Source: Octopus sinensis
Lineage: Eukaryota
Reading direction: 5' to 3'
Length of the DNA: 7,667 nucleotides
Assembly (NCBI RefSeq): GCF_006345805.1
Contig: NW_021828784.1
Span: forward strand, 1-7,667
Position 1 is the stretch's first letter. Every line of letters starts with the position of its first letter. The translations under genes and the position numbers were made by a program. The notes under the pieces were generated by a model, which was not told where the DNA came from, searched no databases, and saw only the letters and a program-made list of their open reading frames with translations. Below are positions 1-7,272 of this stretch, piece after piece.

Positions 1-214
1 AGGGAAATTAAGGCACCTGGCATGGGTGGGGCGCTGATCAATTTGGATCAATCGAAAGCTTTCGATAGGGTAAACCATTGATACTTGAAGCTGTCCTCAG
101 AGCGGTTGGATAGCCGCTATGTACAGAGGTATCCGCTCGGTAACTCGCGCAAATGGACATCTATCGAGACCTTTCGACATTGCACGTTCGGTCCGTCAGG
201 GATGCCCCCTCTCT
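1..214 (+). mobile_element. Degraded non-LTR retrotransposon (LINE) reverse-transcriptase fragment, probably L1/Tx1 clade; continues off the left edge
   Basis: Frame +1 (31-87) reads ALINLDQSKAFDRVNH*YL. Frame +3 (90-110) reads AVLRAVG. Frame +2 (107-214) reads WIAAMYRGIRSVTRANGHLSRPFDIARSVRQGCPLS. These match the LINE RT motifs LDxxKAFDRV and (G/S)VRQGCPLS. There is one in-frame stop (79-81) and two frameshifts. The clade is inferred from the LDQxKAFDRVxH and RQGCPLS signatures. Confidence 0.9.
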
Positions 215-255
215 TCTATCTATCTATCTCTATTTATCTATCTATCTACCTCCCC

Positions 256-297
<42 letters not shown>

Positions 298-410
298 CCA
301 ACTACCTGTCTATCAGTCAGTCTTTCTGTCTTCTCTCTGTCTCCCCTCTCTCTATTTCTTTATGAATGTATATTATTTATCTCTTTCTCTTTCTCTCTCT
401 CTCTCTATCT
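215..410. repeat. Compound (CTAT)n/(CT)n microsatellite
   Basis: Runs of ctat and ct units are directly visible, degenerate toward the right end. Confidence 0.95.
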
Positions 411-485
411 AATGATGATATATATAATAATATTTTATTTTTATTTTATGCGTGTTTGTACATATTTATATGGCTATTGTTGCAC

Positions 486-672
486 AAACACACACACACA
501 CACACAACACACACACACACATATATGGAAGTGTTCACATACAAACACGCCTAAAAATAATTTACAGACATATTATCCATATACTAAAACGCGCCTACAC
601 ACACACGTACACAGATATATATATATATATATCTACGTATATACATATACGTAGATATACATATACATACAT

Positions 673-703
<31 letters not shown>

Positions 704-872
704 CATATATAAACACACACACGCATATGTATATAATGTTTGCTTTGTTTATAACTTACGTATGCAAACATATACACACGCACACATTTACATAGAATAC
801 ACATTTATAACTGTAAGCCTATAAACAAATAACACATACACACACACACGTACACATACACACACACACGTA
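486..872. repeat. Compound (CA)n/(TA)n/(CATA)n microsatellite region with short unique spacers
   Basis: Directly visible. It accounts for the HTHT/YIYI/VCVC ORFs. Confidence 0.9.
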
Positions 873-1220
873 CTTATACAAAAAATGCCATTATACTGCA
901 CAACACATCATCAGATCAAATGACATCAAATCCTCACAGACAGACAAGAAGAAAACTCACGGAACACATTTTTATACGCAAAGTCAAAATTACTGCAATT
1001 GCCAAGAGAGACATAAACAAGAAAAAGAGTCGAACAAAGTAAAGACCAGCAAGACAGCAGCCTAAAAAAATGCTCATTGCTCGGAAGTAGCTTTGTATGA
1101 CAGAAAACAGATACAACTTCTTAGACGGTCTCTTACTTTCTTTCTGTTTACTTACTTAATTATTCATTATTCAATTTCATCTTCTGGTTGATTTATAAAC
1201 ATACACAGAGTAACAAACCC

Positions 1221-1427
1221 GCACACACACACACGCGTGCGCGCCTGCACGTATACACATATATATGTAGAAGTATGTATATACATATATATATATATGT
1301 TATATATATCTATGTCATATATTATATAATATAATATATTATATATATATATATATTATATATATATACATACATACATATGTATATACATATATATATA
1401 CATATACATATATATATATACATATAT

Positions 1428-1460
<33 letters not shown>

Positions 1461-1562
1461 CATATATATATACTTATATATGCATATATCTACATACATG
1501 TAAATACATATATATGTATGTACATATATATACATACATACATACATGCATACATATATATA
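1221..1562. repeat. Long alternating purine-pyrimidine tract: (CA)n, then (TA)n/(CATA)n
   Basis: Directly visible. It accounts for ORFs 1356..1547 and 1380..1634. Confidence 0.95.
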
Positions 1563-1861
1563 TTTAATAATATATTATTATTAATATCAGGAAATCATTA
1601 TCAGAAAACTCTTCAGAAAGATATACACGCGTAAAAAATAATTGTATTAAAATATATAAATATGTATAAAAATATATGTAAATATGTATAAGTATAATTA
1701 TATAATGTATATGACAGTTTAAAAAGTTTTGAATTAAGTATTTAAAGTATCTTACGATCGTTTCACAGAAGTGCTGTCCCTATAATGAAATCCTATATTG
1801 ATAAGCATTTATAGACAATTCTTCTGCTCTTCAGAGATATAAAATTTGAATTTCGTAAAAC

Positions 1862-2194
1862 ATATCGAATGTTCGTTTTTTTTAAAATTTAAAGTAATGT
1901 AATAAAATGGTGTTTGTTTGAAATATAAATTAAAAATTAAAAATTTATAAATGTTCATCAATACAGGATTCTATTCCATATTATCTAAGTATATGAACTA
2001 TATCTGGAATACAAGACAATATAACGGATTTTACATATGAATATTATAGATTATTACAGAAGACTAACCAAGGAAGTATATATGGATTTAAAGACTCTCA
2101 TCAAAAGCAGTAATTTTTAATTTTTAATTTATATTTCAAACAAACACCATTTTATAGTATTACTTCAATTTTTTTAAAAACGAACATTCGATAT
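1862..2194. mobile_element. Foldback / MITE-like non-autonomous element with ~84 bp inverted arms
   Basis: 1862-1945 is the reverse complement of 2112-2194. The blocks 1902-1945/2112-2155 (44 bp) and 1862-1875/2181-2194 (14 bp) are perfect. The spacer is ~166 bp and non-coding. The ends are ATAT/TA, which could be part of the arms or a target-site duplication. Confidence 0.75.
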
Positions 2195-2234
2195 TGAGCC
2201 ACTTCTTTACTACAGTTTTTACTTCCTCGTCAGC
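2194..2234 (-). mobile_element. Inverted 41 bp fragment of mariner transposase C-terminus
   Basis: The minus strand reads ADEEVKTVVKKWL. 2196-2219 matches the reverse complement of 2299-2322 at 22/24 positions. Confidence 0.85.
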
Positions 2235-2530
2235 AGATTTAGCGCCTTCAGATTATCATCTCTTCGGCCCCATGAAAGAGGTTTGAGAGGCAAACATGAA
2301 AACTGTAGTGAAGAAGTGACTCAAACAACAGTCAACAGAATTTTACAGGGCAGGGATACATGCTCTCATTCGAAGGTGGAACATTGCTATTGAGAGAAAC
2401 GGTGACTATGTTGAGAAGTAGGGATGTGATCCGCAGAGGACCAGCTTCACTTTGATGTATGATACATGTTCCTGTGCTGGGAATTATACCTGTCCTAAAC
2501 AAAATGGCATTACTTTTTGACTCACCCTCG
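2235..2530 (+). mobile_element. Tc1/mariner (mariner; possibly irritans/Hsmar2-like) remnant: transposase C-terminus, 3' UTR and right terminal inverted repeat
   Basis: 2236-2280 reads DLAPSDYHLFGPMKE, the mariner (YSP)DLAPSD motif carrying the third catalytic Asp. After frameshifts it reads LRGKH and KTVVKK*LKQQSTEFYRAGIHALIRRWNIAIERNGDYVEK* (stop at 2419-2421). The end GGCATTACTTTTTGACTCACCCTCG is followed by TA. Its reverse complement CGAGGGTGAGTCAAAAAGT resembles irritans-type TIRs. I see no left TIR in the window. Confidence 0.93.
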
Positions 2531-2558
2531 TATATATATATATATATATATATATATA
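2531..2558. repeat. (TA)14 microsatellite between the mariner end and a SINE 3' tail
   Basis: Directly visible. Confidence 0.97.
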
Positions 2559-2860
2559 GGACTCTCCTGTCGTAAACGAGACATGAGAGTTCCGTAATTT
2601 CTTGCTGAACAATCTGCACATATCATTCGTTTATAGTGATCAAGTGGTTGTGCTGTGCATTACCTCACTTCCTCCATCAAGTTAACATTATGTGTACAGA
2701 TGCGCGGAGTGCCACCTGTCGGATGTCGAAGTCATTGCAGGGCAATGTGAAAATGACCTGTTTTGCTTAAGAGCGCAAGACACTGCTCATCCCTGGAATC
2801 GAAACCACGATCTAGCGATCGCGAGTGGTGTAGCATCTTCACCGCTAGGAGATGCACCGT
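2559..2860 (-). mobile_element. tRNA-derived SINE, family B (degenerate; tentatively octopus OR2-like)
   Basis: The minus strand has an A-box-like CCTAGCGGT (2841-2849) and a B-box-like GTTTCGATTCC (2795-2805). A CORE-like TGCGCTCTTAAGCAAAAC follows, then a 3' hairpin tail (2559-2593) running into (TA)n. The family name is from memory and unverified. Confidence 0.75.
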
Positions 2861-2871
2861 CCCCACCCCCT

Positions 2872-3184
2872 TAACTGGCACTCCGTCGTTTACGACGAGG
2901 AGTGTTCCGGTCGATCCGATCACTGGAACAGCCTGCTCATGAAATTAATGTGTAAGTGGCTGAGTACTACAAGTACTTAAGTTAATTCTCAGAGGGATTC
3001 ACTATGAAGCAGAATGTGACAGGGTCAGCCCGTTGAATTACTGGTACTACTCATTTTTTGCCAGCTAAGTGGACTGGAGTAACGTAAAATTGTGACTTAG
3101 TGAAGGACACAAAGCGCCGCTGGGAATCGAACTGGCGACCGCACGATCGTGAGCTGAGTAGCTCTACTCCCTAAGCCATTCGGG
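2872..3184 (-). mobile_element. tRNA-derived SINE, family A (tentatively octopus OR1-like)
   Basis: The minus strand has an A-box-like TGGCTTAG (3171-3178), a B-box GTTCGATTCCC (3122-3132), a CORE-like TGTGTCCTTCACTAAGTCAC (3092-3111) and a 3' hairpin (2880-2903). The family name is unverified. Confidence 0.85.
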
Positions 3185-3267
3185 TGTGTATATGTTTTAC
3201 TTATATCTGTCTGATCGAAGTGGGATACCTATTTCAATGTATTTTGACTGAGTGAGAAAAAGACAGA

Positions 3268-3393
3268 ATGATGTTTTAGTTGATGTTTAGCCCCAGGTAG
3301 GCCTTAATCCAGGTAATCCAGCAACAATGGTATCCCGACTGTGATCATCGCATATTTTGTTTCAGATTCAAGGAGCCTAGGGTTAGATTATCA
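3268..3393 (-). mobile_element. Possible decayed 3' fragment of another interspersed repeat
   Basis: GATGTTTAGCCCCAGGT and its downstream sequence resemble an abundant octopus repeat end as I recall it. The sequence alone gives no internal proof. Confidence 0.3.
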
Positions 3394-3530
3394 AAACCCT
3401 CCTCGTCTTGTGCTTTTCTCAACACAATGACGTCAACAGAGCAAGCGTTTATTTTGTTGTCCCCCCCAAAACAAAATTAGGTCGGTTCTCTCGGTTTTGT
3501 TTTAGTTTGTTGAGGTTTTAGTTTTGAATT

Positions 3531-3727
3531 CTCTTTTACTTGTTTCAGTCATTTGACTGCGGCCATGCTGGAGCACCGCCTTTAGTCGAGCAAATCGACC
3601 CCGGGACTTATTCTTTGTAAGCCCAGTTCTTATTCTATCAGTCTCTTTTGCCGAACCGCTAAGTGACGGGGACGTAAACACACCAGCATCGGTTGTCAAG
3701 CGATGCTAGGAGGACAAACACAGACAC

Positions 3728-3765
<38 letters not shown>

Positions 3766-3920
3766 ACACACACATATATATATACATATATACGACAAAC
3801 GTCTTTCAGTTTCCGTCTACCAAATCCACTCACAAGGCATTGGTCGGCCCGGGGCTATAGCAGAAGACACTTGCCCAAGATGCCACGCAGTGGGACTTAC
3901 CACACAGCCACTCCTGCGCC
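3531..3920 (-). mobile_element. tRNA-derived SINE, family C copy 1 (tentatively octopus OK-like); 35 bp deletion in the tRNA head
   Basis: It is highly similar to 4764-5124 along its length. The head GGCGCAGGAGTGGCTGTGTGGTA lies at 3920-3898. There is an internal (CA)n(TA)n at ~3721-3792 and a 3' tail ...GACTGAAACAAGTAAAAGAG. Confidence 0.93.
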
Positions 3921-3940
3921 TATATTCTTTGAGGCATCAC

Positions 3941-4267
3941 TTCTTTTACTATCGTTTTATCTTTAATCTTTTACTTGCTTCAGTAATTAGACTGTGGCCA
4001 TGCTGGGGCACTGCTTTGAAAAACTTTTAGTCGAATGAATCAACCCCAGGACTTAGTTGTTTCTAAAGCACGGTACTCACTCTATCGTATTTTTTTGCCA
4101 AACCGCTAAGTTACGAGGACGTAAGCACAACACGGGTTGTTAAACGGTGGTGGGAGACAAACACAGATACAAAGACCACATACTCACACACGACGGGATT
4201 CTTTCAGTTTCCACAAATGAAATCCATTCACAAGGCTTTTGTCGTCCCGAGGCTTTAGTAGAAGACA
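3941..4267 (-). mobile_element. SINE family C copy 2, older, 5'-truncated (no tRNA head)
   Basis: It is collinear with copies 1 and 3 but more diverged (e.g. GGCCATGCTGG, CCGCTAAG, TTTCAGTTTCC, CACAAGGC, GAAGACA). Homology stops at ~4267. A degenerate TAAAAG-type tail lies at 3941-3975. Confidence 0.88.
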
Positions 4268-4752
4268 TCTTTCTGACTCTATTTATTGCTGTTTACCACT
4301 CAATATAACAACTTATGAGAAGGTAACATCTCGAGGAGAATTTTATCGCAGTTAGCAATGATGTGGCTACCGTTTTCAGTCTGTTTTTTGTATGATCAAT
4401 TTTTGCTGTCAGATGAAACTTTCTGCCTATTGTCTAGAAATTAGAGATTTATTTCTGGATTGCATGCAAATAACATTTAAGCTAAGCTGTTTTATAATCT
4501 TTTCGGTTCTCTGCCAGGCTTTTAGTGGGATATATTCCCGCTGTATGCTTTGTGTTGTTCGTTTCATGCACCCTTCTACAATCTTCTCCGGGAAATGGTT
4601 ATGTTTTTGCTTTTCTTATTGCGCTAAACGGGATCGTCTAATATCCCCCGCAAAGAGATCTATGACAGCCTGTATTTCGCGCCTCCCCTCTAAATTCCTT
4701 ATCTATCCCAATGTTGCTTTATATTTCCGTGCTCTCAAATTCAAGCAAACTA

Positions 4753-5124
4753 TTTTTTTTTTTACTTGTTTCAGTCATTTGACTACGGCCATGCTGGAGC
4801 ACCGCCTTTAGTCGAGCAAATCGACCCCGGGACTTATCTTTGTAAGCCCACTACTTATTCAATCGGTCTCTTTTGCCGAACCGCTAAGTGACGGGGACGT
4901 AAACACACCAGCATCGGTTGTCAAGCAATGCTAGGGGGAAAAACACATACACACATATATACGACAGGCTTCTTTCAGTTTCCGTCTACCAAATCCACTC
5001 ACAAGGCATTGGTCGGCCCGGGGCTATAGCAGAAGACACTTGCCCAAGATGCCACGCAGTGGGACTGAACCCGGAACCATGTGGTTGGTTAGCAAGCTAC
5101 TTACCACACAGCCGCTCCTGCGCC
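4753..5124 (-). mobile_element. SINE family C copy 3, apparently full length, with A11 tail
   Basis: The head is GGCGCAGGAGCGGCTGTGTGGTAAG...GGGTTCAGTCCC. A CORE-like TTGGGCAAGTGTCTT lies at 5033-5047. The internal microsatellite is short, and there is a T11 run at 4753-4763. Confidence 0.95.
5061..5113 (-). promoter_or_regulatory. Internal RNA polymerase III type-2 promoter (A and B boxes) of SINE C copy 3
   Basis: A-box-like GGCTGTGTGGT (5113-5103) and B-box-like GGGTTCAGTCCC (5072-5061), at tRNA-like spacing. Activity is unknown. Confidence 0.6.
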
Positions 5125-5626
5125 TAGATTTTTTTCTTTGCTAGAGATGCTGCCTCTGTTGGCGTGCATGTATCACAATCTGAGTCTCAGATGAGGTTAA
5201 CCGGAGAAAAAGGCTATGGTCGCCTCCTTTGTGTGGGAAATAGGTCCACATTCTCCTTGATACTGAAATCTCCAACAACACAGCAATTTCTGAATTCTTA
5301 AATCCCTCCAGTAAATATGTTTGAGGGATATTCGGACCTGTAAAGGCTTTGCGCTGCAGGTTGTCATGGAGAAAAAAAATCTCACTTATGATAACAAAGG
5401 TTTTAAAACGTCCTAGTCAGCTTATAGCGCCATCTATTGGATTGATGGATGCAATGAGAAAAAACCATTACTGGCCAAAATAGCTCTCAGACATATTTGA
5501 ACTTGTCTTAAAAGGCTTCGAATGACCCGTCCTTGTTTTTTTGTATCGTCTATCTGGATGTTTTGTTGTTCCTTTTTGTATCACCTAGTTGTCCGGATGT
5601 TTTGCGTTCTTGTCTTATTTTGTGTC

Positions 5627-5659
5627 ATATATATATATATATATATATGTATGTATATA

Positions 5660-5729
<70 letters not shown>
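5627..5729. repeat. Compound (TA)n-(GA)n microsatellite
   Basis: Directly visible. Confidence 0.97.
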
Positions 5730-5733
<4 letters not shown>

Positions 5734-6195
5734 TTTACTGTTCCGTTAAGGAAAGGTTAACAAAAAAGTACTGCATCCAGTGAGAGATAAACATCATTTA
5801 ATGTACACAGTAGAAAAATAAGAGCTACGAATAGTTTCTTGCTGTGGAAACACGTGTCTAAGGAGGTTTTTATAACACGCATTGTGTCTTCAGTCAGGCT
5901 TTCAGCACATAATCTGTTCCATTTGAAAACCAGGATGCTGGTACAAGAGAAATCACGAGAACCAAGTTGATGCAAAAAGTAGAAGGGTGAATAAAAACGA
6001 AAAAAGTAAAAAAATATTATTATTACCACTCTAGCTTCCATTTTTGTTATTCCCGTTGATGGTAGTTAAAAATGATGTTTTTAATCACAAAGGTATCAAA
6101 TAAAAGGGAGATTACAAGGATAAATGGTGGTTAATAAGAGATAATCCCCAGATGAATTACATGATTGATCCACTGCACTGATTTACTTTATGAGC

Positions 6196-6280
6196 CAAAC
6201 CAAGCCAAGCCAAGATGAACTGCACCGAACGGAACCGAACGGAACCGAACGGAACCGAACGGAACCGAATGGAACGGAGG
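6196..6280. repeat. Pentamer-phase array including (ACCGAACGGA) x4 perfect plus 1 variant
   Basis: Perfect units occupy 6224-6263 and the variant ACCGAATGGA occupies 6264-6273. CAAGC-type pentamers precede them in the same phase. Confidence 0.95.
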
Positions 6281-6459
6281 TCGATCTTGATTTCCCAAGA
6301 CTGATGGTATTCCCATTAAAGCAAACAACAATAACAACAACAACAAATCATAAAATACCTAAAAAATAACGAAATCATCAACATTCAGTCAAAATATAAT
6401 GAAAAAAAAAACAGCAAGAAAAAGGAAACAAACTCTGAAATAAATAATAAAAATAAAAA

Positions 6460-6484
6460 AATAATAATAATAATAATAATAATA

Positions 6485-6529
<45 letters not shown>

Positions 6530-6609
6530 TTAGTAATAATAATGATGATGATGGTAAACACAACAACAACAACAGCAACAACAACAACAGCAACAACAAC
6601 AACAACAAC

Positions 6610-6642
<33 letters not shown>

Positions 6643-6712
6643 AATTATGAGGATGGTAGTAATAATAATAACAATAACAATGATGCTGATGGTAATAATA
6701 ATAATAATAATA

Positions 6713-6756
<44 letters not shown>

Positions 6757-6788
6757 TAGTAATAATAATAATAATAATAATAATAATG

Positions 6789-6837
<49 letters not shown>
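6460..6837. repeat. Compound trinucleotide array (AAT)n/(GAT)n/(AAC)n
   Basis: Directly visible. It accounts for the poly-M/T/I/N and poly-L/S ORFs. Confidence 0.97.
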
Positions 6838-6838
<1 letters not shown>

Positions 6839-7018
6839 GTTAATAAAAGAATCCTCCGAAGGTTAAAGAAGGTCTTGTATTGCTTAAGAGTTCTTCAACA
6901 GCGTTATAATTATTTCTAGTTCTGTAGGGAAAGCGATAATTCCCTCTTTTAGTGTGTGTGCAGTCGTGTCAAGGATTCAATTGACTTATCAGGAACATTT
7001 TGGATTATTGTGTTGTCA

Positions 7019-7176
7019 TGAAGAAGAAGAAGAAGAAGAAGAAGAAGAAGAAAGAGAAGAAGAAGAAGGAGAGGAAGAGAAGAAGAAGGAGAGGAAGAAG
7101 AAGAAGGAGAAGAAGAAGAAGAAGGAGAAGAAGAAGAAGAAAAAGAAGAAGACGACGAAAAGAAGAAGAAGAAGAA

Positions 7177-7208
<32 letters not shown>

Positions 7209-7236
7209 AGAAGAAAAAGAAGAAGACGATGACGAA

Positions 7237-7269
<33 letters not shown>

Positions 7270-7272
7270 AGA
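7019..7272. repeat. (GAA)n/(GGA)n polypurine tract
   Basis: About 250 bp, almost entirely purines on the + strand. It accounts for the poly-E/K/R ORFs. Confidence 0.97.

Noticed and set aside
85-804. ORFs of 60-189 aa at the left end
   Set aside because: Apart from the RT residues in 1-214, they translate (CT)n/(CTAT)n/(CA)n/(TA)n repeats, which lack stops in some frames.
3428-3435. Perfect CRE palindrome TGACGTCA
   Set aside because: A lone 8-mer with no promoter context; chance occurrence in a window this size is plausible.
4640-4670. Minus-strand VIDLFAG resembling C5 DNA methyltransferase motif I
   Set aside because: The following residues are DIRR rather than xGG, a stop follows within about 10 codons, and no catalytic PC motif is visible.
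4392-4811. 139 aa plus-strand ORF
   Set aside because: It has F/C/L/S-rich composition typical of a T-rich strand and no recognisable motif, and its last part lies in the SINE tail.
2795-5124. tRNA-like segments as real tRNA genes
   Set aside because: I could not form a complete cloverleaf with an acceptor stem. Each segment continues into a SINE body and tail.
3531-5124. Repeated ~300 bp units or the 6224-6273 array as a CRISPR-like repeat-spacer system
   Set aside because: There are no regularly spaced identical repeats with unique spacers and no cas-like ORF. The units are SINE copies and a contiguous minisatellite.
2332-5127. ORFs overlapping the mariner and SINEs (2332, 2692, 2732, 3502, 3703, 4918)
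   Set aside because: They are antisense or off-frame readings of mobile elements identified at nucleotide level.
5230-5390. Minus-strand FLHDN (mariner HDNA-like) and CVVGDF (APE endonuclease GDFN-like)
   Set aside because: These are short matches in different frames, and the neighbouring conserved motifs are missing.
6840-6923. Minus-strand acceptor CTTTCCCTACAG followed by TRNNYNAVEELLSNTRPSLTFGGFFY*
   Set aside because: It is only 26 codons with no recognisable homology. Similar acceptor-like motifs recur in this AT-rich window (e.g. near 7350), so it is not distinguishable from background without RNA data.
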